Below are positions 26,897 to 40,514 of a stretch of DNA of 64,000 nucleotides, in pieces. The notes beneath the pieces were generated by a model. That model was not told the DNA's origin, made no database searches, and saw only the letters and a program-made list of their open reading frames with translations. The position numbers and the translations under genes were made by a program. Position 1 is the stretch's first letter. The number at the start of each line of letters is the position of its first letter. The stretch comes from Felis catus (Eukaryota), in contig NC_058368.1 of NCBI RefSeq assembly GCF_018350175.1, forward strand, positions 43,588,001-43,652,000, in the 5' to 3' direction.

Positions 26897-27121
26897 TTAT
26901 TTTTTTAATGTTTATTTTTGGGAGAGAGAGAGAGAGGAAGAGAGAGAGACCGTGAAGGGGTGGGGGAGGATGGAACAGAGAGAGGGAGACATGGAATCCG
27001 AAGCAGGCTCCAGGCTCTGAGCAGTCAGCACAGAGCCCAACACGGCTTGAACTCACGAACCACGAGATCATGACCTGAGCCGAAGGTGGACACTCAACTA
27101 AATGAGCCATCCATGCTCCCC
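26897..27121 (-). mobile_element. Can-SINE
   Basis: TSD TCAACAT(C/T)TCCAAGTCTT at 26879-26896 and 27122-27139. Confidence 0.95.
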
Positions 27122-27912
27122 TCAACATTTCCAAGTCTTAAAGATTTGTTACTGATCTGTTCTAACAGATTTGACTATTTCTACTGCTTTGAATAATTTT
27201 GCTTGGGCATAAGATGGGCCAGCTCTTTTGGTCTTTAATCTGTCAACATTGGTGATAATAGTAACATATCTTATTTTTTCAACTTATATAAAACATTTGG
27301 CTGATGACTTGTTAAAATGGCCAGTGGGCAGTTGGGGGAGATAAGCTGAAGTGGGGGGTAAGATAAGCAGTTATTCTTCTAGTAATCTTTTGCATATTGG
27401 ACAAAATATCTTACATAGTAGTCCTTCATAGCTGTATTCTATACCACCTCAAGAGTTCTTTTGGATACTAAGTAAATTTTAACACTCAGTGATGACATAA
27501 GCTAGGCAATATTATAAGGCAAAGACAAACAAAAAAGTCTGTCTATTGCCACATCCAGTAACATTGTGTATCCTACAGTTGCAAATAAGCAATAAGGTTA
27601 AGGTTTCCCTTATTCTGTATTCAAGAGCCAAAAGAGTTATGTAACATCTTAAAGGACAATTTTTTTTGTTTTTGTTTTTGTTTTTGTTTTTTACAATATA
27701 TGAAGTTTATTGTCAAATTGGCTTCCATACAACACCCAGTGCTCATCCCAAAAGGTGCCCTCAATACCTATCACCCCCCCTCCCCTCTCGCCCACCCCCC
27801 ATCAACCCTCAGTTTGGTCTCAGTTTTTAAGAGTCTCTTGTGCTTTGGCTCTCTCCCACTCTAACCTCTTTTTTTTTCCCTTCCCCTCCCCCATGGGTTT
27901 CGTTTAAGTTTC

Positions 27913-30154
27913 TCAGGATCCACATAAGAGTGAAACCATATAGTATCTGTCTTTCTCTGTATGGCTTATTTCACTTAGCATAACACTCTCCAGTTCCATC
28001 CATGTTGCTACAAAGGGCCATATTTCATTCTTTCTCATTGCCACGTAGTACTCCATTGTGTATATAAACCACAATTTCTTTATCCATTCATCAGTTGATG
28101 GACATTTAGGCTTTTCCCACAATTTGGCTATTGTTGAGAGTGCTGCTATAAACATTGGGGTACAAGTGGCCCTATGCATCAGTACTCCTGTATCCCTTGG
28201 GTAAATTCCTAGCAGTGCTACTGCTGGGTCATAGGGTAGGCCTATTTTTAATTTTTTGAGGAACCTCCACACTGTTTTCCAGAGTGGCTACACCAGTTTG
28301 CATTCACACCAACAGTGCAAGAGGGTTCCCGTTTCTCCACATCCTCTCCAGCATCTTTAGTCTCCTGATTTGTTCATTTTGGCCACTCTGACTGGCGTGA
28401 GGTGATATCTCAGTGTGGTTTTGATTTGTATTTCCCTGATGAAGAGTGACGTTGAGCATCTTTTCATGTGCCTGTTGGCCATCCGGATGTCTTCTTTAGA
28501 GAAGTATCTATTAATGCTTTCTGCCCATTTCTTCACTGGGTTATTTGTTTTTCAGGTGTGGAGTTTGGTGAGCTCTTTATAGATTTTGGATACTAGCCCT
28601 TTGTCCGATATGTCATTTGTAAATATCTTTTCCCATTCCTTTGGTTGCCTTTTAGTTTTGTTGGTTGTTTCCTTTGCTGTGCAGAAGCTTTTTATCTTCA
28701 TGAGGTCCCAGTAGTTCATTTTTGCTTTTAATTCCCTTACCTTTGGGGATGTGTCAAGTAAGAAATTGCTACGGCTGAGGTCAGGGAGGTTTTTTCCTGA
28801 TGTCTCCTCTAGGGTTTTGATGGTTTCCTGTCTCACATTCAGGTCCTTTATCCATTTTGAGTTTATTTTTGTGAATGGTGTAAGACAGTGGTCTAGTTTC
28901 ATCCTTCTGCATGTTGCTGTCCAGTTCTCCCAGCACCATTTGTTAAAGAGACTGTCTTTTTTCCATTGGATGTTCTTTCCTGCTTTGTCAAAGATTAGTT
29001 GGCCATACGTTTGTGGGTCTAATTCTGCGGTTTCTATTCTATTCCATTGGTCTATGTGTCTGTTTTTGTGCCAATACCATGCTGTCTTGATGATGACAGG
29101 TTTTGTAGTAGAGGCTAAAGTCTGGGATCGTGATGCCTCCTGCTTTGGTCTTCTTCTTCAAAATTCCTTTGGCTATTCGGGGCCTTTTGTGGTTCCATAT
29201 GAATTTTAGGATGGCTTGTTCTAGTTTCGAGAAGAATGCTGGTGCAATTTTGATTGGGATTGCATTGAATGTGTAGATAGCTTTGGGTAGTATTGACATT
29301 TTGACAATATTTATTTTTCCAATCCATGAGCAGGGAATGTCTTTCCATTTCTTTAAATCTTCTTGCTATTCGGGGCCTTTTGTGGTTCCATATGAATTTT
29401 AGGATGGCTTGTTCTAGTTTCGAGAAGAATGCTGGTGCAATTTTGATTGGGATTGCATTGAATGTGTAGATAGCTTTGGGTAGTATTGACATTTTAACAA
29501 TATTTATTTTTCCAATCCATGAGCAGGGAATGTCTTTCCATTTCTTTAAATCTTCTTCAATTACCGTCATAAGCTTTCTATAGTTTTCAGCATACAGATC
29601 CTTTACATCTTTGGTTCGATTTATTCCTAGGTATTTTATGCTTCTTGGTGCAATTGTGAATGGGATCAGTTTCTTTATTTGTCTTTCTGTTGCTTCATTG
29701 TTAGTATATAAGAATGCAACTGATTTCTGTACATTGATTTTGTATCCTGCAACTTTGCTGAATTCCTGTATCAGTTCTAGCAGACTTTTGGTGGAGTCTA
29801 TCGGATTTTCCATGTATAATATCATGTCATCTGCAAAAAGTGAAAGCTTGACTTCATCTTTGCCAATTTTGATGCCTTTGATTTCCTTTTGTTTTCTGAT
29901 TGCTGATGCTAGAACTTCCAACACTATGTTAAACAGCGGTGAGAGTGGGCATCCCTGTCGTGTTCCTGATCTCAGGGAAAAAGCTCTCAGTTTTTCCCCG
30001 TTGAGGATGATGTTAGCTGTGGGCTTTTCATAAATGGCTTTTATGATCTTTAAGTATGTTCCTTCTATCCCAACTTTCTCAAGGGTTTTTATTAAGAAAG
30101 GGTGCTGGATTTTGTCAAAGGCCTTTTCTGCATCGATTGACAGGATCATATGGT

Positions 30155-30189
<35 letters not shown>

Positions 30190-31945
30190 TTAATGTGATG
30201 TATCACATTGATTGATTTGTGAATGTTGAACCAGCCCTGCAGCCCAGGAATGAATCCCACTTGATCATGGTGAAGAATTCTTTTTATATGCCGTTGAATT
30301 CGATTTGCTAGTATCTTATTGAGAATTTTTGCATCCATATTCATCAGGGATATTGGCCTGTAGTTCTCTTTTTTTACTGGGTCTCTGTCTGGTTTAGGAA
30401 TCAAAGTAATACTGGCTTCATAGAATGAGTCTGGAAGTTTACTTTCCTTTCTATTTTTTGGAATAGCTTGAGAAGGATAGGTATTATCTCTGCTTCAAAT
30501 GTCTGGTAGAATTTCCCTGGGAAGCCATCTGGTCCTGGGCTCTTATTTGTTGGGAGATTTTTGATGACTGATTCAATTTCTTCGCTGGTTATGGGTCTGT
30601 TCAAGCTTTCTATTTCCTCCTGATTGAGTTTTGGAAGAGTGTGGGTGTTCAGGAATTTGTCCTTTTCTTCCAGGTTGTCCAGTTTGTTGGCATATAATTT
30701 TTCATAGTATTCCCTGATAATTGCTTGTATCTCTGAGGGATTGGTTGTAATAATTCCATTTTTATTCATGATTTTATCTATTTGGGTCATCTCTCTTTTC
30801 TTTTTGAGAAGCCTGGCTAGAGGTTTATCAATTTGTTTATTTTTTCGAAAAACCAACTCTTGGTTTCGTTGATCTGCTCTACAGTTTTTTTATATTCTAT
30901 ATTGTTTATTTCTGCTCTGATCTTTACTCCTCTTCTTCTGCTGGATTTAGGCTGTCTTTACTGTTCTGCTTCTATTTCCTTTAGGTGTGCTGTTAGATTT
31001 TGTATTTGGGATTTCTCTTGTTTCTTGAGATAGGCCTGGATTGCGATGTATTTTCCTCTCAGGACTGCCTTCACTGCATCCCAAAGCGTTTGGATTGTTG
31101 TATTTTCATTTTCATTTGTTTCCATATATTTTTTAATTTCTTCTCTAATTGCCTGGTTGACCCATTCATTCTTTAGTAGGGTGTTCTTTAACCTCCATGC
31201 TTTTGGAGGTTTTCCAGACTTTTCCCTGTGGTTGATTTCAAGCTTCATCATATTATGGTCTGAAAGTATGCATGGTATGATTTCAATTCTTGTATACTTA
31301 TGAGGGCTGCTTTGTGACCCAGTATGTGATCTATCTTGGAGAATGTTCCATGTGCAGTCGAGAAGAAAGTATATTCTGTTACTCTGGGATGCAGAGTTCT
31401 AAATATATCTGTCAAGTCCATCTGATCCAATGTATCATTCAGGGACCTTGTTTCTTTATTGACCGTGTGTCTGGATGATCTATCCATTTCTGTAAGTGGA
31501 GTGTTAAGGACTCCTGCAATTACAACATTCTTATCAATAAGGTTGCTTATGTTTGTGAGTAATTATTTTATATATTTGGGGGCTCCCGTATTCGGCGCAT
31601 AGACATTTATAATTGTTAGCTCTTCCTGATGGATAGACCCTGTGATTATTACATAATGCCCTTCTTCATTTCTTGTTACAGCCTTTAAAGTCTAGTTTGT
31701 CTGAGGTAAGTATGGCTACTCCAGCTTTGTTTTGACTTCCAGTGGCATGATAAATAGTTCTCCATCCCCTCACTCTCAATCTGAAGGTGTCCTCTGGTCT
31801 AAAATGAGTCTCTTGTAGACAGCAAATAGATGGGTCTTGTTTTTTTATCCATTTTTATCCATTCTGATACCCTATGATTTTTGGTTGGCGCATTTAGTCC
31901 ATTTACATTCAGTGTTATTACAGAAAGATACGGGTTTAGAGTCAT
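27913..31945 (-). pseudogene. L1 ORF2 (endonuclease / reverse transcriptase), disrupted
   Basis: Starts MTLNPYLSVITLNVNGLN; RT motifs QGCPLSP and LFADDMILY; several frameshifts, stops and a 193-bp duplication. Confidence 0.95.
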
Positions 31946-31959
31946 TGTGATGTCCGTAG

Positions 31960-32882
31960 GTTTCATGCTTGTAGGATGTCTCTGGTACTTTGTCTCACAG
32001 GATCCCCCTTAAAATCTCTTGTAGGGCTGGTTTAGTGGTGACAAATCCTTCAGTTTTTGTTTGTTTGGGAGGACCTTTACTCTCCTTCTATTCTAAATGA
32101 CAGACTTGCTGGATAAAGGATTCTCGGCTGCATATTTTTCTGTTCATCACATTGAAGATATCCTGCCATTCCTTTCTGGCCTGCCAAGTTTCAGTAGAGA
32201 GATCCGTCAGGAGTCTTATCAGTCTCCCTTTATATGTTAAAGCACATTTACCTCTAGCTGCTTTCACAATTTTCTCTTTATCTTTGTATTTTGCCAGTTT
32301 CACTATGATATGTCGTGCAGAAGATCGATTCAAGTTATGTCTGAAGGGAGTTCTCTGTGCCTCTTGGATTTCAACGCCTTTTTCCTTCCCCAGATCAGGG
32401 AAGTTCTCAGCTATGATTTCAAGTACACCTTCAGCACCTTTCCCTCTCTCTTCCTCCTCTGGAATACTAATTATGCGTTGATTATTTCTCTTTAGTGCAT
32501 CACTTAGTTCTCTAATTTTCCCCTCATACTCCTGGATTTTTTTATCTCTCTTTTTTTCAGCTTCTTCTTTTTCCATAATTTTTTCTTCTAGTTCACCTAT
32601 TCTCTCCTCTGCCTCTTCAATCTGAGCCGTAGTTGTCTCCATTCTATTTTGCAGTTCATTGATAGCATTTTTTAGCTCCTCCTGGCTGTTCCTTAGAGCG
32701 TTGATCTCTGTAGCAAGAGATTTTCTGCTGTCCTTTATACTGTTTTCAAGCCCAGCGATTAATTTTATGACTATTATTCTAAATTCACTTTCTGTTATAT
32801 TGTTTAAATCATATTGGATCAGTTTGTTAGCTGTTGTTATTTCCTGGAGGTTTTTCTGAGCGTAATTCTTCCGTTTCATCAT
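31960..32882 (-). pseudogene. L1 ORF1p, frameshifted near the C-terminus
   Basis: Coiled coil plus EAQRTP...SARHIIVKLAK...TYKG...DLSTETWQARKEW; lower boundary approximate. Confidence 0.93.
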
Positions 32883-33889
32883 TTTGGATAGTCCCTGGAG
32901 TGGTGGGGGACTGTGGGGCACTTCCCCTGTGCTGTCTTGAATAACTTGCGTTGGTGGGCGGGGCCACAGTCAGACCTGATGTCTGCCCCCAGCCCATCGC
33001 TGGGGCCACAGTCAGACTGGTGTATGCCTTCTCGTCCCCTCTCCTAGGGGCGGGATTCACTGTGGGGTGGCGTGGCCCATCTGGGCTACTTGCACACTGC
33101 CAGGCTTGTGGTGCTGGGGATCTGGCGTATTAGCTGGGGTGGGTAGGCAAGGTGCACGGGGGCAGGAGGGGCAGGCTTAGCTCCCTTCTCCTTAGGTGAT
33201 CCACTTCAGGAGGGGCTCTGTGGCAGCAGGAGGGAGTCAGATCCGCTGCCGGAGGTTTGGCTCCGCACAATCACAGCGTTGGGTGTTTGCACAGTGCAAG
33301 CAATTTCCCTGGCAGGAACTGGTTCCCTTTGGGATTTTGGCTGGGGGATGGGCGAGGGAGATGGCACTGGCGAGCGCCTTTGTTCCCCGCCAAGCTGAGC
33401 TCTGTATCCGGGGCTCAACACCTCGCTCCCCGTTGTAAAGGACAATTTTTTTAATAAATTAAATGTATGTCTCCAACATCCAGAAGATACTAGCTTTTAA
33501 TACCATAAAAACAATTTAGCATACAGTGTTACCTTATAACCAAATGCCCTTGAAATAAATGTTCACATTCTCAATATTTATCATGTAGATTCATTTAAAA
33601 ATGATGAAAGATGACAATAACACTGAAATAGGAAGTTGATGATCAGTAATTGTCAGATCTAAGAGTAACATCAATTAAGATCAAAGACAATTGGATTGAC
33701 CAAACAGATTTGGTGGCTCACTATTGTGATTCTATCAGAATTTGGCCAAGCTGTTCATCTAACATTAGGAAAAAAATTCATCCTTTCACCATTTCTTCTC
33801 AGAAACATAGAAACCCAAGTTTTAATGGCCAGAAAACTATGCAGCTGCCTTTATATTGGTGTTCTTTTTTTAAAATAAGGAAACACCAT

Positions 33890-34895
33890 TTTTTCTGATG
33901 AACAAAATCAAAGAACCAAATAAGTGGAGATACATTTTATATTCATAGATAGAAGACTCAAGATTGTCAAGAGGTCAGTTCTTCCCAACTTGATCTATAA
34001 ATTTCATGAAATTCCAACCAAATTCCTAGAAAGTTATTTCATGGATATGAATAAACTGTTTGTAAAGTTTGTATGGATGGGCAGAAGACACAGAATAGCC
34101 AACACAGTATTGAAGGTGAACAAAAAGCTGGAGGACTGTTGTATGCAACACTAAGGCTTACTGTAAAGCTACTATAATCAAGGCAGTGTGGAATTTGCAA
34201 AATAGGCAAATAGGTCAGTAGAAGAGAATAGAGACCCGAGAAGTAGGACCCAATAAATAAAGTCAACTGAATTTCGACAAAGGAGCAAAGACAGTACAAT
34301 GAAGCAAGGATAATCTCTTTGACAAATGGTGCTAGAATAACTGGACATCCACATGTAAAAAAAAAATGAATTAGACACAGATCTTACACCTTTCAAAAAA
34401 ATGAACTCAAAATGGATCATAGACTTAAATGTCAAATGCAAAAATATGTAATATATAGATTATGCATATATAATACATGTATACATATATACACATATAC
34501 ACATATAATTAATATATGCATAACATATACGCATATACATATATAATACATGTATACATATATGCATACATATTTACATATATGTAAATATATATTTACA
34601 AATAAATAAATAAATACATTTCCTAGATGATAACATGAAAAGAAACGTAGATGACAACACCAAAGACACCACACACAAAAAACATAAACACCAAAGACAC
34701 AACCACAAAAGAAAAAATTGATAAACTGGGCTTCATTTAAATAAAAACTTCTGCTCTGTCAGTAACAAATTCAAGAGAATTAGCAGACAAGCCATAGGCT
34801 GGGAGAAAACATTGGCAAAAGATACATCTGATAAAGGACTGTTATCCAGATTATACAGAGAAGTCTTAAAATTCAACAACAAGAAAACAAACTAC
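33890..34895 (+). mobile_element. Old L1 (L1M-type) ORF2 fragment with internal TA-rich repeat
   Basis: RLKIVKRSVLPNLIYKF and SDKGLLSRLY remnants; TA/CA repeat at 34445-34618. Confidence 0.85.
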
Positions 34896-35179
34896 CTTCA
34901 AGTGATCCCCAGTAAGATTGAGCATCAGATGTTCACCATGGTAACCAGGTCAAATAAGCAAAGTTGGACTGACTGTTTCCCTTTCTGCTCAAGTAAACTT
35001 CAATTCTCTGGAATGTCTTCCTATGATATTTATTTTATATGACCGCTTATATAAGAATACTCTTGTTAAAGGAAGCCAAATTAAGATAAGACTTGATTTG
35101 TCACCTAATAATCTTAATCAATTTTTAAAAATGATTTCTCAGTAGATAATAGTATAGGAGAATCAATAGTTTAAGTTCA

Positions 35180-35472
35180 TTCAAGTCCAAATTGAAGTCC
35201 AAGGGCAAGGTAAGACTCATAATGTCTCAGCTCATAGACAATCATGCAGAGAGAGTAAGTTCTCCTCTCTTTAGACATTTTGTTCTATTCAGGACTTCAA
35301 CAGTTTTTATAGCCCCAACTACATGGAGAAAGGAAATCTGCTTTACTCAGTCTTCTGATTCAAAAGTTAATTTCATCCACATAACTCTTACAGACACACT
35401 TAAGATAGTGTTTAACCAAATATCTGCATTCCTCCTGCTCCAATCAAATTGACACATAAAATTAACCATGAC
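35180..35472 (-). mobile_element. MLT2 (ERVL) LTR, partial
   Basis: AATCTGCTTTACTCAGTC and terminal TTGACACATAAAATTAACCATGACA. Confidence 0.75.
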
Positions 35473-35599
35473 AAGGAGTGAGAATGTTTTTTTAAAGTTC
35501 ATGGATTTAATCCTTCAGTTGCCACCATTAACAGTTCAATTGCAAAAAAGTTAGGAAAAAATATTCAAATGAATATGCAGTGAGGCAACAAGGCAGTCA

Positions 35600-36250
35600 C
35601 AAAGATATATTATCTGACAGCTATATAAAAAGTTATACCAAGATGGAGAATGAGACTGTATGTATTAAACTCTGCTAATAGTTTAAGTGAAATGAAGAGT
35701 AAATATTGGCCGTTGCATTTATCTATATGGATGTCATTGCTGATTTTAATGCAATCTGTTTTGGTATAAGGGATAAAGTTTTTAAGAGGGTTTTTTGTTT
35801 TGTTTTCCCTTTTAAGATGATATAAATAGCAGCATGATTCAGAGAAACTGCTTCTATAAGTGAAATAGAGAGGAAAATCATCAACTGTGAAGAGAGTGCA
35901 AGAGTTGTTAAAAGTTTGAAAAGGGGACAAGCAGAAAGTATAGTGCAAGAGGATAGGAATGAAAGAAAGTGACTCAGACTGAGTAAATATATATGATTGC
36001 CAGGAAGTATTAAGTCTCACTGGAGGGTAGTGATAATGAAATTAAAGCAAGGCAAGTCTACAAGTTCACATTTCCCAACTTTATTCAGATGTGTGTATAC
36101 AGTCATGAAGTAGGCTGAGATCTGGCTTTAACTGGGATTGCAATTTACATATATGAAATAAAGGTAAAGCAATTGAAGGGATATGAACAAGAGTGTTATT
36201 AATGAAGGATAAGAGAATTCAAACTGAGTAAGAAGAAGTGTGAGAAAATA
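35600..36250 (-). mobile_element. L2 remnant
   Basis: Diverged reverse-L2-like motifs (ATATGGATGTCATTGCTGATTTT); boundaries approximate. Confidence 0.45.
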
Positions 36251-37138
36251 CTGAGAAGTAGCAAATTATACTGTATAAGATTATATAAACAAATAATTGC
36301 CTATGTACATGTATATATAACTGTATATACATATTTTCCTATATTTGGATATTTACTGGAAAATGTTTCTTTTTTAACTTTTTTCTTAACTTTTAAAACT
36401 ATAAATAAAATATTTTATTTTAAATCAATATTATGTTACTTTTTATTTCTTATTATTTCCTCAAGTTAATTATTCTGAAACAGGTTAATTGGATTCTCAA
36501 AGAAAAGAAGAGAGAAGGCATAAGAGAACAGAAAAGTTTTTCTATCTGTATTCTACAACTGCAAGTATGAAGATGAGTGAAGTTCTAGAACATGAATTTA
36601 AGGTATTGTGGTTATGCTTAATACCATCAGTCTAGGGTGTCTTGAAAGAATAAAATGACTTTGCACTGGATTTTGTCAGTCTGAGAGATTATAATAAGCT
36701 TACAGTAAATCTTTTGGCATTTGGAAACCTAGGTTAATTATACTGAAGTGTCCTCAGGCAAGAGATCTGAATTTTCTTCTTCTTAACACTGTACAATCTG
36801 TAGTTTTGTCAGTTTGCTTCAGCGCACATTAATTATCTGACTGATAGGGATGTGTCGCTCTCTAGCCAGCTGTCACTACTGTTGATCAATAAAGACCCCT
36901 GTAAGTCTCTGCTAAGACCTTAAAGCTGGCAGCGTATTTAAAGTCAATAATTATTTATATTTACAAAGCATGTAAGCCAGTGACTTAAACAAATAAATCT
37001 ATTCTATAAGACAATGTCTAAAAACTAAGAGTGTTCAGTATGTTAAATTCCATGAAGCAAATAGACAGATTTATTATATTTGAAGGTTGTATTTATCCTA
37101 GATGCTTAACACAAAGCACTTATATTAGAACATCATGC

Positions 37139-37370
37139 GGTGCACCTGGGTGGCTCAGTCGGTTGAGAGTCCGACTTTGGCTCAAGTCATGATTTCGTGT
37201 TTTGTGAGTTCCAACCCATGTCAGACTCTGTGCTGACAGCTCAGAGCCTGGAGCCTGCTTCAGATTCTGTGTCGCCCTCTCACTCCCCCACTTGCGCTGT
37301 CTGTCTCTCTCTCTCTCTCACTCATTCTCTCTCTCAAAATAAGTAAACATTAAAAAATTAAAAAAAGAAA
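37139..37370 (+). mobile_element. Can-SINE
   Basis: TSD AACATCATGC at 37129-37138 and 37371-37380. Confidence 0.95.
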
Positions 37371-37635
37371 AACATCATGCAAATACTGCTATTAGTTGGA
37401 AGACATCAAAGCCATCATCACTGCCGGTGTGCTTGAAATCAGAAAAATAAGCCATAGTTCTGCAGTTATATACACCCATGCCTTTGTGTAACACAGTATG
37501 AAACAGGGCACTGGGCTCTGTTTCTAAATATAACCATTCACAGTTTCCCACAGTGTTTAGCCATTTGCAGGACACTGACACATTACGGGGTATTTTTTAA
37601 CCTCTCCACAATTATAATTTAGGTTTTTACAAGAG

Positions 37636-37976
37636 TGTCCTAGTGTATGCAGGCTGCTAAACAGAATACCATTAATTGGTGGCTTATAAACAACAGAAAT
37701 TTACTTCTCATAGTTCTGGAGACTAGGAATCCAAGATCAAGGCACCAGAAGATTAGATGTCTGCTTCACAGATGGCTGCCTTTTCACTGTGCCCTCACAT
37801 GGCAAAGGGACAAGGGAGTTCTCTGTAGTCTCTTTTATAAGGGCACTAATTCCATTAATGAGGGCTCTACTCTTATGACTTAATCATTTCCCCAAATCCT
37901 CACCTTTTAATATCATACCTGGGGTTAGGATTTAGCATATGAATTTTAGGGAGACATAAACATTTAGTCTATAGCA
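37636..37976 (-). mobile_element. MLT1A-like MaLR solo LTR
   Basis: TG...CA ends; GGCTTATAAACAACAGAAATTTA motif; 5-bp TSD AAGAG at 37631-37635 and 37977-37981. Confidence 0.9.
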
Positions 37977-38235
37977 AAGAGTCTTATGTTTACATGGAAA
38001 TTTATAATGTGATACTCAGATCGAGGAATGCCAGATATTGATAACTCTAAAATACCAATGATTTTCAAACAAGAAAATAAATGCTCCAATAGGCCTATTT
38101 GACACATTCATGATTTTAAAGCAAGTAATTAATTTTTTTAACTCTCTTTTTTATTGGGGCACAGTTGCCCCCATGCCTTGATTGTATATTTGGTTTGGAT
38201 AGTGTCAGAGACATTACTTCAAAATTTAGTTTAAG

Positions 38236-39224
38236 CTTTATTTATTTTGTATTTGCATTTTTTTAATTTTAATTTCTACTCATATTTTTATTTATTTTTA
38301 TGTATTTTATTTATTTATTTTGAGAGAGAGAGGAAAGCAATTGGGGTAGGGGCAGAGAGAAAGGGAGAAAGAAAGAAGCAGGCTCCAAGCTGTCAGTACA
38401 GAGCCCGATGTGGGGATTGAACTTACAAACTGTGAGATCATGACCTGAACTGAAACCAAGAGTCAGATGCTTAATAGACCAAGCAATCCAGCACCCCAAA
38501 TTTTTATTTTCATTTAAATCTTAGTTAACGTATACGGTAATAATGGCTTCAGGAGTAGAAATTAGTGATTCGTCACTTACAAATAACACTCAGTGCTCGT
38601 CCCAAGTGCCCTCTTTAATTCCCATCACCCATTTAGCCCATCCTCCCACCCTCGTCCCCTCCATCAACCCTCAGTTTGTTCTCTGTATTTTAGGGTGACT
38701 TATGGCTTGCCTCCTTCTCTGTTTTTATCTTATTTTTCCTTCCCTTCCTTTATGTTCATGTGTTTTGTTTCTTAAATTCCACGAGTGAAATCATATGGTA
38801 TTTGTGTTTCTCTGACTGACTTATTTCCCTTGGCATAATACATACCAGTTCCATCCATGTTGTTGCAAATGGTAAGATTTCATCCTATTTAATCACCAAG
38901 TAATATTCCATTGTGTATATATACCAACTCTTCTTTATTCATCAGTCAATGGACATTTGGGCTTTTTCCATAATTTGGCTATTGTTGATAGAATGCTGCT
39001 ATAAACATTGGGTGCATGTGACCCTTTGAATCAGTATTTTTATATCCTTTGGATAAATACCTAATAGTGCAATTGCTGGGTCATTATGCTAGTTCTATTT
39101 TTAATTTTTTGAGGAAACTCCATACTGTTCACCGGAGTGGCTGCACTGGTTTGCATTCACACGAGGGCAAAAGTGTACCCCTTTCTCTACATCCTTGCCA
39201 ACATCTATTGTTGCCTGAATTGTT
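38236..39224 (-). mobile_element. 5'-truncated carnivore L1 with a SINE in its tail
   Basis: L1 3' UTR and ORF2 end at 38499-39224; TSD AATTTAGTTTAAG at 38223-38235 and 39225-39237. Confidence 0.9.
38290..38498 (-). mobile_element. Can-SINE, older subtype
   Basis: Reverse SINEC body within the L1 A-rich tail. Confidence 0.9.
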
Positions 39225-39945
39225 AATTTAGTTTAAGTTTTATATTTGATACTAGATGCTCAATTTCATTGGGGATGTTTTAGAAAATGTTCCAATTATT
39301 CACTTATTTCAACTGGAATATTTTTTTCCTTAAAACTAATCAGATTTAGAAATTCTCAGTATAAAAGGAATTAGCCCCCAACCTATGGAGTTTCAAGATT
39401 AATACAAGAATCTAGGAAAACAATATTATTATCAAATTTCACAGTAGTTCTTAAACTAATTAAGGATAGATAGTAAGCAAAGAAAAAAATGAGAAGCTAA
39501 AATATCTAGTTAAGTCTGTATAACACATTTTCTGTACAAGCAAAAAAATAAAATATAGACAGTAAAATTCACAGCATTCTTACAAACGGTATAATTATGG
39601 AGATGTATCCTGGAGATACAACCCAGGATTTAAATTAGAGGAATTAGAATAAAACACTTGACATATCTATTTAAATGCTTTTGTTTACCACTTTGCTACT
39701 CCTTTTCAAGAATCTTCTAATAGGTAGCATGCAAGTAGGAATTAATTGAGTACATTTGCCACATTCTCATTGAAAATTATTTATTGTCAATAGCAAGCAC
39801 ATCCTGAAAGTTATGGGGAGTTTGCTATATACATTTATACTTAAATTAATTCTTTTGTGGAATATATGAACTTTTATACCATAACAAGGTTACAATTCAC
39901 AGGTTGTTCTTTGATTGTTTTTTTAGCATGTTAAATTAAACTTAC

Positions 39946-40017
39946 CTTGAAGTCCCATAAAAGACAATAATCTGAACCAGATGGCTTACACATAATTGCA
40001 ATAAATCATCATTGATT
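39946..40017 (-). other. Candidate 72-bp exon
   Basis: Acceptor TGCTTTTTCAG, consensus donor AAG|GTAAGT, length divisible by 3, open frame INDDLLQLCVSHLVQIIVFYGTS. Confidence 0.35.
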
Positions 40018-40248
40018 CTGAAAAAGCATTACTGAGATACGCTACATATTTAACTTGACTCAGTAGAGAAGGAAATAAAACAAAGACAGATGATTTCTAT
40101 CAGGCACTTTGCAAGGTTTAGTCTCTCTTTATAAACACACACATGTAATATATATGTAATATGTAACATACACACATATTATATATATATTATTGAATGT
40201 ATATTCACATTTAATTCTCATATTAATCTATAAAAGATGTATATAAAT

Positions 40249-40250
<2 letters not shown>

Positions 40251-40295
<45 letters not shown>
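40251..40295. repeat. (TG)n microsatellite
   Basis: Seen directly. Confidence 0.97.
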
Positions 40296-40299
<4 letters not shown>

Positions 40300-40311
40300 A
40301 AGGAACAGACA

Positions 40312-40514
40312 GGGCACCTTGGTGGCCGACTTCAGCTCAGGTCATGATCTCACAGCTCATTGTTCGAGCCCTGCATCAGGCTCTGTGCTGACAGCTCAGA
40401 GCCTGTATCCTGCTTCGGATTCTGTGTCTCCCTCTCTCTCTGCCCTTCCCCCCACTCGTGCTCTGTGTCTCTCTCTCAAAAATAAATAAACATTAAAAAA
40501 ATAAATAAGTAAAC
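40312..40514 (+). mobile_element. Can-SINE with a short deletion in the A-box region
   Basis: GGTGGC joined directly to CGACTTCAG; 16-bp TSD AAATAAGGAACAGACA at 40296-40311 and 40515-40530. Confidence 0.95.

Larger units (their letters stand above)
27667..33435 (-). mobile_element. Near full-length felid LINE-1, inactive
   Basis: GC-rich 5' UTR, ORF1, ORF2, 3' UTR and tail; 17-bp TSD TAAAGGACAATTTTTTT at 27650-27666 and 33436-33452, followed by AA (TTTT/AA endonuclease site). Confidence 0.98.

Noticed and set aside
29115..30404. 429-aa reverse transcriptase ORF as a novel RT system (retron or DGR-like, given the adjacent repeat)
   Set aside because: Ordinary LINE-1 ORF2 fragment; the odd C-terminus comes from the 193-bp duplication frameshift
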